Shown: positions 20,671 to 30,030 of the stretch, one piece after another | Numbering within the stretch: position 1 is the stretch's first letter | How the letters are laid out: each line of letters opens with the position of its first letter | NCBI GenBank assembly: GCA_963719515.1 | Contig: CAVRCJ010000003.1 | Location: 766,470-830,469, forward strand | Source: an uncultured cyanobacterium | Lineage (GTDB): Bacteria > Cyanobacteriota > Cyanobacteriia > CAKZMO01 | DNA length: 64,000 bases | Reading direction: 5' to 3' | Made by a program: the position numbers and the translations under genes | Notes under the pieces: model-generated | Told to the model about the DNA's origin: nothing | Database searches by the model: none | What the model saw: only the letters and a program-made list of their open reading frames with translations

Positions 20671-21174
20671 ATGACATTTAGCGAAAAAATCAGTCAGTCT
20701 AGCAAACAACCCAGCGACCCCCGCAATCAGGAGCAGGTTACCCCGGCTGAATCGCCCGCCAACGGCAATCTGGCTACGCCCGTCAACTCGTCTAACTTTT
20801 CTAAGACTCTTATTAATAATATGCCTGCCTACCGCGAGGGGTTGTCTATTACCCGTCGGGGTCTGGAAGTGGGGCTTACCCATGGGTTAATCATCTATGC
20901 GCCTTTCGCTAAGCTCGGTCCCCTGCGGGATACCGACATTGCCAATGCGGTGGGGCTGCTCTCTAGCGTTGGGCTAACCATCATTCTCACGGTGACGCTG
21001 CTGCTCTATGCCGTCAGCAATCCGCCTGCCCCGATTCAAACGATTACTACGCCTAATCCTCCTAACGCAATGGCCACCAGCGAGGGCTGGAAGGACTATG
21101 CCAAGGGATTCTGCATCGGCAGCTTTATTGGGATTGCGATCGCCTACGCAGTGGTGACCCTGCTCGGTCTCTAG
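20671..21174 (+). CDS. psaL: Photosystem I subunit XI paralog (PsaL2-like)
   Basis: GNLATPVNSS, NMPAYREG, RRGLEVGLTHG, KLGPLRDT; N-terminal DPRNQE motif. Confidence 0.9.
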   Translation: MTFSEKISQSSKQPSDPRNQEQVTPAESPANGNLATPVNSSNFSKTLINNMPAYREGLSITRRGLEVGLTHGLIIYAPFAKLGPLRDTDIANAVGLLSSVGLTIILTVTLLLYAVSNPPAPIQTITTPNPPNAMATSEGWKDYAKGFCIGSFIGIAIAYAVVTLLGL

Positions 21175-21198
21175 AGCGTCTGCTGCTTTATCCGCAGC

Positions 21199-21429
21199 TT
21201 ATCGCCGTCTGCAGTCTTTGCGGGCGGCGATCCTTTTTTTGTGTAGATGGTCGCGCATTTTTTCTTGTAGCGCGGCCAGGCTATCGGCGGCGGAGCGCAG
21301 CTCAATGACGAAGTCGGGGGCGATGGGGGGAAAGGTTCCGCGCTGCTGCGGGGTGAGGGCCTCCCAGCGGCGGCGCTTTACCCCAAGCGGCATCGGGGGA
21401 GCGGTTGGCACCGTGGTGATGGCGGTCAT
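21199..21429 (-). pseudogene. Uma2-family endonuclease remnant
   Basis: RWEALTPQQRGTFPPIAPDFVIELRS..LQEKM core only; flanking parts of the domain are missing. Confidence 0.8.
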
Positions 21430-21548
21430 GGCTTGCTTTGGGGTGGGCCTTGCCCTTGCGAAATCTATGTTTATTATCGCCTGTGCGATCGCCTCCGGGG
21501 TGTTTGCGGATCTAGATCTGCGGCTAGATGATGTGATGCCGTAGGGGC

Positions 21549-21573
21549 GTTCGCGTAGCGTAGCCGAAGGCTT
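21549..21573 (+). repeat. Small dispersed double-hairpin repeat inserted in a HIP1 site
   Basis: GC[GTTCGCGTAGCGTAGCCGAAGGCTT]GATCGC; related to insertions at 51361 and 51749. Confidence 0.7.
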
Positions 21574-21759
21574 GATCGCGATCGTAAGATAAGGAGCTTG
21601 CGGCTACGCTATCTCCGCTACCTTCTGGCTACACCGCTGCGGTTGAACAGCCATTTGTCAATGCCTCGGCGATCGGTAGCCCCGATTAGCATTTGGGGGC
21701 GGTTTGGCTAAGCTATGAGGGTAAATGCTGTCTATTGGCACTCCTGCTAAGCGCTGTGG

Positions 21760-21975
21760 CTAAGCGCCTCTAGCTTGCTCGAAGGCCTGAATTTTGTGAG
21801 TAAGGCTTTCTACCGTCTCGCCAACAAACAGGCTATTTCGGTGCGCTAGAGTGTCGCCGCCATCGCTCCACCAGCGGCTGACAACGACGACCATTTGGGA
21901 TGGCGTCATTGTTCGACTGAGAATTTTCATTGCTTCCAAGACAACGGCCTGCTCGTCAGGGAGTGAGATGTTCAT
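21760..21975 (-). CDS. Putative antitoxin partner of the PIN gene
   Basis: 71 aa, ATGA overlap with the PIN gene stop. Confidence 0.6.
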   Translation of the reverse strand: MNISLPDEQAVVLEAMKILSRTMTPSQMVVVVSRWWSDGGDTLAHRNSLFVGETVESLTHKIQAFEQARGA

Positions 21976-22415
21976 TCGGGTGCCTCGGTAAGTTCTAGAA
22001 CAAAGCTAACCGGATTCATCGCTTTGATTGGGCCTTTATAGCGACGCAGTAGCCGATCATCACAAGCGAGAAATGCATAACATCTGGCTTCTTCAGCAGA
22101 AGCGATATGAAGAGCATCAAGGGGCTTTATCCCTTCCTGTTCTAGCATTTTAGCTCTTTGGGTGATGTCATCTTTGAGAGGCTGGCAGGTTTGCGCGAGC
22201 CGCAAGCACTCGGTAACTCAGCTTTGACGGACCTGACTAGAGTTTCGACTATTTTCGTAATCTAGTACGGGCGAGCTGACAAGCTCTAAGCGATTGTCCT
22301 CAACTAATTGCAGTATTGTTCGCAGCGCTTGGGTTTCGAGAATTATCCTGGCTTGGGTTTGATCATCAAATGGTCGGTTGAAGACGCTGGTATCTATATA
22401 AATTCGTGTTGACAA
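21972..22415 (-). pseudogene. PIN-domain (VapC-like) toxin with one in-frame TGA at 22218-22220
   Basis: IYIDTSVFNRPFDDQTQARI and IKPLDALHIASAEE..FLACDDRL lie in the same frame, separated by a single stop (probably TGG>TGA). Confidence 0.85.
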
Positions 22416-22547
22416 GTCCCAACCCCTAGTCACTCCGTTGTCTTAGCTGCCTTTTAGGGTTCCCTACCGTGCAGCGATTGGAACAAAACAGAGACAAGTA
22501 AGAGCTCGCTTTAGCCCGCTCTATACTAAACTACATTGTGGGTTCTA

Positions 22548-25521
22548 CTACTTCAAGCGATCAATTTGGTCTTGGATTCGCTTAGCATCCATCGGGAAAA
22601 CTTGTAAGAAGTATTCAAGCGCTTCGTTCAACCGTTTCAGACCCCCAGTCATATCGCCATAGTAGGTTGCTTTTAGATTTCCAATGTATTCAAGAGCAAA
22701 TGCTCTACCATATCTATTTCCTTCTTGTTCGTAAATGCTCTCAGCCTCAGAAAACAAGGAGATTGCTTCGTCCAGGCAGCCACACTCAAGCTTGATCCTA
22801 CCAGCGTTAAAGAAGATGTTTGCTCTCTTTTCAAGATCTTCGTGCTTTTGCGCAAGGGATATAGCATCTTCAGATAGTTTTAGAGCTTCTCTGCCTCTGT
22901 CGAAAGGAGATCTATCTTGATCTTGAAGTACTAGTAACCCGAGTTCTACCATAGCTGACGCGGAATTTGGTTTGTCCTGACTTGCTCGATCCAGTAATAT
23001 ACTTTCTCTACATAGTTCGATTGCTTCTTTTATTTGACCTAGACTTTCCTTCAAGCCCGAAAGACTTTTGGAGAATAGCAGCCTTTTCTGATATGCTGCG
23101 AGAGCTCTTTAGAGCCATTCTATAATGGACAGCAGCAGCGCTGAATCCACCTAATTGAACTTCAGCATAAGCACGCCTACTATATATGTCACTATCATTG
23201 CTTATCTTAAGAGTATTAGAGCATAAAAAGAGGGCTTCTCTAAACAAGCCCCTATAAAACCATCGATTGGTTAACATTTTCGTAACTGCTACAGCATACT
23301 CTTCTATTTCTAAAAATAATGCCATTCGATGAATTTCTAAAAGCTTTCCTTCTGTAGTCTGACTTGCTTTTAATACCCAAGATTCATACAAAATTTTAAC
23401 AGCAGGCTTACATACTTTCTCAATATCTTCATAAGGCTTTAAGGGTAATATTTTTGGCACTCGCAGCGAAGCGTCTACCGAAAGCTCTAATAAACCTAAG
23501 GATATACATCGATCAATAATATCCGCTTCGATTTTAAGAACTTTACATACTTCAAGAGCTACTTCTGCTGGTACTGAGATCTGAAAGACTATCAAGCATG
23601 AAAGCAAAGATTCAATTGAGCCATGGAGGCATGACAGTAGAGGCTCGCTTATTATTTGATTTCGTAGATTTATAGCAATAGATTCTAACTGAGGCGCAGA
23701 AGTATATATCTCCTGCGCCAGCTTTTCTAATAGAAAAGGATTACCATCTGCCAGCTCTAGCACTTGCTTTAGTAAAACATCATTCACGCTGGAATTCGCT
23801 TCAAAACACTTCAGACGGCTGCACTTTTTTCGTAGGTCCGCCCCCGCAAACGCATCCAGCGGCTGCTTATGAAACCACCGCCACCCGCTAAACTCAAAGT
23901 CGTAGCGGCTGGTCAAAATTAGCTTGTGGGGCGCATAGGTTTCCTCAATCGCCCACAGCAAATCTCGCAGCGGCTCCACCGCCCAAGGCCGCAGCACATA
24001 GCCCCCGCCCCGCGCTTCCAAATTCTGCTCAAAGTCATCCAGCACCAGCAAAAAGGGCTTTGCCCCCGCCTCCTGCAGTTGCTCAAACACCCCCCGCAGC
24101 CGGTACTTCAGCGCCTCATCAGGGTTTTTAAGGCGATCGCGCAGCGCCTGATCGTCCACGCCATCCGCCAGCGCCGCCGCCAGCTTCGCCGCGTCCACCC
24201 GCCCCGAAATCACGATTCGCTTAAAGTCCGGGAGGCGATCGCACAGCCGCGCCGCCAGGCTGCTCTTGCCCAAGCCCCCCATGCCGTGCACCAGCACGCC
24301 TATCTTCTCCGGGTCTTTCAGCGCTCTAAGACAGCGCTGAAGCTGCCGCCGCCGCCCCACAAAGCCCTCGCGCCCCGGCACCTTGATCTGCTTAGTCTTC
24401 GGGTCCAAAAATTCAGTGGTGACAGTGGGCTTCGGCGCTCGCTTCCAGCCCCGCGTCCGGGGCGAGGTCACCAACTCACCGGGTAATCGCTGCCCCACAT
24501 ACAGCCGCAGCAGATACCAGTCCCGCCGCTCCTGCTTGATCATCTCCTGCACCGTTTCCGCCAGTGCCGAGGTCAGCGATCGCCCCCGCGACAGCTCGGT
24601 ATGCAGCCTGGCCGCTGCCGCCGTAGCGTCCGTATCCAGCACCGTTTGCCCCCAGCCCAGCACCGCCGCTGCGCCGCAGGTCAAAAGCTGCTCCGCCATC
24701 GAGGGCACCGCCCCCGCATTGCCCGCCTGTCCCGTGCGGCAGCCAGATACAAACACCAGCTTTGGCAGCGGCAGGCGCAGGCTTTTGGCAATCTCTTCTG
24801 GGGCCGCATAGTGGGCCAACCCCTCCGCCGTCTCCGTCATAAACCGGGGCTCCCCGTCTTTCAGCGTGGCGTGCCCCGTTAGGTGGGCCACATCAAAATA
24901 GCCCTTGCCGCCGTCTCTGCCATAGTCATCCACGGTCTGCTGCAGCTCCTCCAGGTTGCCGGTCTCTTCCACCACCAGCTCCACCGAGGACCGCGCCGCC
25001 GCTGCCAGAATTTCCCCCTCCTCCTGCTCATAGTCCAGCACCGGCTCCACCCCCTCCGGCGAGGTCGCCATAAATAGCACCCGCAGCGCCCGATTCTGCG
25101 GGTCAGGGTCCACCGTCAGCCGCCCCACACTATCCGACGACGCCCACCGCACCGGCACCACCGCAGGCAGCCGCTGCACCAAAAACTGCGCCCCATCGTG
25201 CAGCACCTCCCAAGGCAGGTGGGCCAGCCGCTCCGCCGTAGCGATCGCCAGCACAATTTCTTCGCCAGGGTGCTGGGTCAGTTTGGTCGCTAGCCAGCGC
25301 TGGTCACCGTCTAGCCAGTCATAGAGCCGCTGCCCTGTTTCCGTCAGCTCTTCCTGAAATCGCTGAGAAACGTAGTGATTGGTCTCTGCCTGGTCCACCA
25401 GGTCCTGAATCTCGGAGAGCTGCAGCGATCGCTCATCGTAGTCATTGGGGTTGTCCCCAAAGCAGCGCAGTTCGACAGTTTCGCCGCTGACGGCTTTGAG
25501 GTCGAGGTGGAGGATAGCCAT
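22548..25521 (-). CDS. CHAT (caspase-like) protease - STAND/NB-ARC-like ATPase - TPR protein, split by a 1 bp frameshift at ~23066-23069
   Basis: LPWEVL, HLTGH and VSGCRTG dyad; FVGRR, GMGGLGKS, LVLDDFE, LTSR, DGNP; TPRs continue in ORF 22548-23054. Confidence 0.85.
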
Positions 25522-25526
25522 GGGTG

Positions 25527-25859
25527 CTAGGCGTCTAAAATTTTCTGAATCTGCTCAACGGTGGCGTCCTTTAGCAGCAGACGCCTGCCGTTGCGGCCCA
25601 CGAGCATTGCTTTTTCAACTCGGGCCGGGGCGCTGGGCGATCGCGCTTTGCGAGCGGCCTGATACCACTGGTAAAGCTTCTCAGCAATGGTCAGCGTCCC
25701 GCCTACAATCCCCACAATGGTGGCAATGGCGACTAAGATGCCTTCCTTCTCGTCTTCACCCTCCACCTCATACCCGCCGGAGAGGCCATCGATAGCCAGC
25801 ATCTCCTCGGTGGCGGCAACGGCGTCGCTGCCCTGAATTTCAATCAAAATATCGGCCAT
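25527..25859 (-). CDS. Small membrane protein co-operonic with the CHAT-STAND gene
   Basis: 110 aa, acidic linker then hydrophobic ILVAIATIVGIVGGTLTIA; 5 bp gap to the CHAT gene. Confidence 0.8.
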   Translation of the reverse strand: MADILIEIQGSDAVAATEEMLAIDGLSGGYEVEGEDEKEGILVAIATIVGIVGGTLTIAEKLYQWYQAARKARSPSAPARVEKAMLVGRNGRRLLLKDATVEQIQKILDA

Positions 25860-26223
25860 AGGTTACGACGCAACAGCCCGCTGCAGAATGGATATACGCC
25901 TGTTATATCATCTGCCTAAAAAAAGAGGGCAATAGTGCTCTGGGACTGGTCTGCGACCAAGAAGTAGGCGTTCTAAGTTTTCTACAACAGCCAGATAGCG
26001 ACTGCGAACCGCCTCAAACCATCTAGAGCAGCGCAGCCCTCTCAAATCGCGATCGCTACACCATGCACAATCTGGGCTCATCGGCGCTTCAGCGTCATCA
26101 ACAGCGACACCTGAGCTATCAACCCCCACACCTGAAGCATCAACTACCACCCTCAAGAGGCCAGTCACCGCATCTAAAGTGCCGTCGAAACGGCCATCTC
26201 CCGGATCTACTCTTAGGCGACTC

Positions 26224-27402
26224 TTAGGCGACAGTCAAAGGCCGGTCTCCAGAGACCATCGGGGCCCCCTCTTCCCGAACCGGCTGATACAGCGTATCCC
26301 GCTGCTGGGCCGGACGCCCAATAGAGGCGATCGCCCCCTGCAGCTGCTCCGCCGTCATGCAGGTGCCCCCCTTCGCCCCCGCCATGGTGGTAATGTGCTC
26401 CTCCATCAGCGTGCCGCCAATGTCATTACAGCCCCACTGCAGGGCTTCCGTGGCCCCCTCTAGCCCCAGCTTCACCCAGCTGGGCTGGTGGTTGACAATC
26501 CACTCGCCCAAAAATAGCCGCGCCACCGCCATCAGTTTCAGGGCGTCGGCTAAAACGGGCTGATCGCGGCCTACCCGCCGCCGCAGGGGTTTCGGCGCTT
26601 CTTGGCCCACAAAGGGCAGGACGATAAATTCGGTGATGCCCACCTCCCCACGCGCTTCGGCCCGCTGCTGCAGCGATCGCAGCTGGGCCAAGTGCTGCAC
26701 CTGCTGCAGCGGCGTCTCGATGTGGCCTGAGAGGATGGTGCTGGTGGTGGGCATGCCCCGGCGGTGGGCCGTCTCTACCACTTCGAGCCAGGTGGCCGCG
26801 TTAATCTTCTCGGGGCACAGCACCCGGCGCACCTCGTCGTCGAGCACTTCCGCCGCCGTCCCCGGCATCGAGCCCACCCCGGCCTCCTGCATGGCCCCAA
26901 TCACCGCGTCATAGCTCAGCCCGTCTTCTCGGGCAATAAACTGCACCTCTTGCGGGGAGAAGGCGTGCAGGTGCAGCGCGGGAAACTGAGTTTTGATGAC
27001 TTCAATGAGATGGGTATAGTACTGCAGCGAGGTGCCGTCCCGCTTCGCGCCGACGTGCAGGCCCCCCTGCATGCAGATCTCCGTTGCCCCCACCGCCACC
27101 GCGTCTGCCGCCTTGCTGAGGATAGTCGCCTCATCTAGCCAGTAGGCCCCCTCGCTGCCCTCGTCCCGCCGAAAGGCGCAGAAGCTACAGTGCTGCTCGC
27201 AGATGTTGGTGAAGTTGATGTTGCGGTTAATGACGTAGGTCACCGTATCGCCCACCAGCCGCCGTCGCAGCTGGTCCGCCGCCTGCTGAATGGCGGCCAC
27301 CGCCTCCGGGTCAGTCTGGCTCAGCAGCAGAACGCCGTCGGCCTCTTGTAGCGGTTGGCCAGAGAGGGCCTTTGCAATTGCGGTGTCAAGTCCCGAACTC
27401 AT
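26224..27402 (-). CDS. cofH: FO synthase subunit CofH (radical SAM)
   Basis: [55 protein letters not shown]. Confidence 0.95.
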   Translation of the reverse strand: MSSGLDTAIAKALSGQPLQEADGVLLLSQTDPEAVAAIQQAADQLRRRLVGDTVTYVINRNINFTNICEQHCSFCAFRRDEGSEGAYWLDEATILSKAADAVAVGATEICMQGGLHVGAKRDGTSLQYYTHLIEVIKTQFPALHLHAFSPQEVQFIAREDGLSYDAVIGAMQEAGVGSMPGTAAEVLDDEVRRVLCPEKINAATWLEVVETAHRRGMPTTSTILSGHIETPLQQVQHLAQLRSLQQRAEARGEVGITEFIVLPFVGQEAPKPLRRRVGRDQPVLADALKLMAVARLFLGEWIVNHQPSWVKLGLEGATEALQWGCNDIGGTLMEEHITTMAGAKGGTCMTAEQLQGAIASIGRPAQQRDTLYQPVREEGAPMVSGDRPLTVA

Positions 27403-27646
27403 AGCGAATTTTAATCAAATCTTATACCGCTCAGTGTAACGGCTTTTGACGGTAGGCAGAGGCGATCGCGCTGCCAACCCCCCGACGCCTCGCGTCACAG
27501 ACTATATTTGTTCCACTGTAAGAGGCGCGGTCGGTGCCCTCTAACGCCTCCCAACGCCTTTCATCACGATTAGCAACACCGCCCTAACGCGCTGCCCCCA
27601 AACGCTGATAAGTTAAGGAGCAGCGTACTGACGTTAGGACGACACC

Positions 27647-29326
27647 ATGCCACCACGCCGCAATATCGCCCTTGTTATCGCTGGAGGGGCATCGCTGGGA
27701 AGCTACGAAGCGGGGGTCATGACGGAGCTGCTGTATGCCTTGGAGTACCTCAACCGCACCCGCAAGCCCGATGAGCCCGAATATGTGATCGACGTGATTA
27801 CCGGGGGGTCAGCTGGGGCGCTAACGGCGGCGCTGGTCGCTCGCATCATCATGTACGATGTCAAGCTGCGATCGCGGCTGTACGAGGCCTGGGTGGAGCG
27901 CATTGATATCGTTGAGCTCATGCGACAGGCTCCGGACAACGCCATATTGTCTAAAGAGGTGATTCACAAGCTGACCCACGAGCTGATTGTTGAGGGCTCT
28001 GGGGATGCCGCTAGCCGAAGTGACGTAGCATCCTATGCTCCCCGCAGACTGCGTCTGGGCCTCACCCTCAGCAACATGAACGGCATCGACTATGCGCTGC
28101 CTGCCCTGTCGTCTGCCATGGCGACGGGGCGACGGTTTATAACAACGCTGTTCTCCGACACGGCCCAGTTTGAGGTTTCCGAGCGCAATATTCTGAACTC
28201 GGAAATGTGGGCTGAAATTGTGGAGGCGGCGATCGCCAGCAGCAGCTTTCCCATTGCCTTTCAGCCCGAAGCAGTGAATCGACGCCCCGCAGACTACCCC
28301 AACTCGCTGCTGTCCCAGGGCACCTCAGCTTTTTTCCCGCCCCCCAACGAAGACGGGCAGAGCGATCGCCCAATGACGTTTCTAGACGGCGGCATTTTCA
28401 ACAATGAGCCGCTGCAGGAGGCGATTCGGCTCGCTCGGGATATAGACGGCGGCATTCCCAACCCCGATCGCCTATTTCTGCTGATTGACCCTTCTATCAA
28501 CGTGTCCAGCTTCGAGGCCGATATCGACGCCAAGGCCCCTCTAGAGAACCACGTTAGCCGCCTGATTGAGATGATTTTCAACCAGGGGCAGGCGATCGAG
28601 TGGCTGCGGCAGGCCTACCTCAAAAACACTGAAATCGCCTGGCGAGACGAGCTGGTCAAGGGAATTACCTTCCTGGTGCGCACGTCCGACATCGACAGTA
28701 ATGCTCAGTTCGTGGAGGGGCTACAGCAGCTGGCCCAGCGGGTGATTCGAGAAAAAAGCCAGATTGCGGAAGAAGATTTGCAGCCTGCTTTAGAAGACCT
28801 GCTCAAGTCGATAGAAGACCGCTTTCCGAAAGAGTACGCCAGCTTGGAGTCAGCCACAAGAAGTGATCAAAAGCAGCTCGTGTTTCGTAATTTGGTTTTC
28901 ATCCTCAATACCGTAGCGAACTTAGAAGATAAGTCCATCCTGCGATTCTCGGTGATTGGCTCAACGGCAGGGCAGACCGCCGGCGATCAGATCAGCGGGT
29001 TTGGCGGCTTTTTCAACCAAGAGTGGCGACAGTATGACTACAAGCAAGGGCGAATCGAGGCCCATGCTCGCTTGACGGAGATTTTAGTCACCGCTTACCC
29101 CAAAGAGCAGGTCAACGGGCGCACCAGCGACGATTACCGCATCGAAGAAGACTTTTCCAACGTCACCCTCAGCGACGCCAATCGCCGCTTGAGGGTGACC
29201 ATTCGCGACACCATCCTCGATCGCCTCTCTAAGGTCGTGGGCAATACGCTAAAAATTCCCGCCTCGGGCTGGCTGGTGACGCAGATCATCCTCCGCCGCC
29301 GCGTCAGCGAACTGTTGGAGCTATGA
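27647..29326 (+). CDS. Patatin-like phospholipase
   Basis: AGGASLGSY, GGSAG (GxSxG), ASSSFP, DGG motifs. Confidence 0.9.
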   Translation: MPPRRNIALVIAGGASLGSYEAGVMTELLYALEYLNRTRKPDEPEYVIDVITGGSAGALTAALVARIIMYDVKLRSRLYEAWVERIDIVELMRQAPDNAILSKEVIHKLTHELIVEGSGDAASRSDVASYAPRRLRLGLTLSNMNGIDYALPALSSAMATGRRFITTLFSDTAQFEVSERNILNSEMWAEIVEAAIASSSFPIAFQPEAVNRRPADYPNSLLSQGTSAFFPPPNEDGQSDRPMTFLDGGIFNNEPLQEAIRLARDIDGGIPNPDRLFLLIDPSINVSSFEADIDAKAPLENHVSRLIEMIFNQGQAIEWLRQAYLKNTEIAWRDELVKGITFLVRTSDIDSNAQFVEGLQQLAQRVIREKSQIAEEDLQPALEDLLKSIEDRFPKEYASLESATRSDQKQLVFRNLVFILNTVANLEDKSILRFSVIGSTAGQTAGDQISGFGGFFNQEWRQYDYKQGRIEAHARLTEILVTAYPKEQVNGRTSDDYRIEEDFSNVTLSDANRRLRVTIRDTILDRLSKVVGNTLKIPASGWLVTQIILRRRVSELLEL

Positions 29327-29462
29327 GTCACGGCGCTAGGGCTCATGACAGAAGAAAGAATTTAGCGAGAGGCCCTGTACAATTAGGCCGTCGGCGTTGA
29401 GCAAAGAAATGTTACATTGTGAGATGTCTCTGACACACTGACGACTAAATTGGGTAACTCTC

Positions 29463-29960
29463 ATGGGCTTTGTTCAACGGTTGCTGACGCTCCTGCTAGT
29501 CGGGGCGATCGCCTTAGGCACTTCATTCTCTCCGGCACTGGCGGCCAGCTCTAGCGTCATTAAGCTACAAGATGACACCGGCTTGACGAAGGACTACGCC
29601 GGTAAAACCCTAGTCCAGGCCGAATTTTACAACGACGATTTAGCGGGAGCTGACTTTAGCAAAGCCGATCTTCGGGGAGCCGTATTTAACGGAACCCAGC
29701 TCAAGAACGCCAACTTTCGCGGCGCGAACCTCAGCGACGGGGTCTCTTACCTGAGCGATATGTCAGGGGCCGATTTCAGCGACGCAATTCTCGAGTCCGC
29801 CATGCTGATGAAGACTAATCTCAAAGACGTCACGATTGACGGGGCTGACTTTAGCCTAACGGTATTGGACCGGCTGCAGCAGCGCCAGCTCTGTGCGATC
29901 GCTAGCGGCACTAACTCCACAACTGGCGTAGATACCAAAGAATCTCTAGAGTGCCGATAA
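29463..29960 (+). CDS. Exported/lumenal pentapeptide repeat protein
   Basis: Signal peptide ending PALA, A(D/N)(L/F)xx repeats, C-terminal LC..ASGTN..TGVDTKESLEC. Confidence 0.92.
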   Translation: MGFVQRLLTLLLVGAIALGTSFSPALAASSSVIKLQDDTGLTKDYAGKTLVQAEFYNDDLAGADFSKADLRGAVFNGTQLKNANFRGANLSDGVSYLSDMSGADFSDAILESAMLMKTNLKDVTIDGADFSLTVLDRLQQRQLCAIASGTNSTTGVDTKESLECR

Positions 29961-30030
29961 GGGCCGCGTCGCGGTAGGGATATAGCGCCGCCCTATTTTC
30001 AGGGGCGCTCACCCTGCCCCCGCCATACCC

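Noticed and set aside
25908..26168. 86 aa minus-strand ORF upstream of the CHAT operon
   Set aside because: No recognisable motif or RBS and partly low-complexity; cannot be supported as a gene.
26210..26232. CTCTTAGGCGAC duplication at the cofH stop as an att site
   Set aside because: Adjacent tandem copy only; I found no distant partner or integrase.
27647..29326. Patatin as a CBASS/CapV effector
   Set aside because: No CD-NTase or other CBASS gene nearby; the protein is longer and stands alone.
29400..29425. Possible NtcA or RpaB site upstream of the pentapeptide gene
   Set aside because: Only a half-site (GTTACA); it does not fit GTA-N8-TAC or a full HLR1 repeat.
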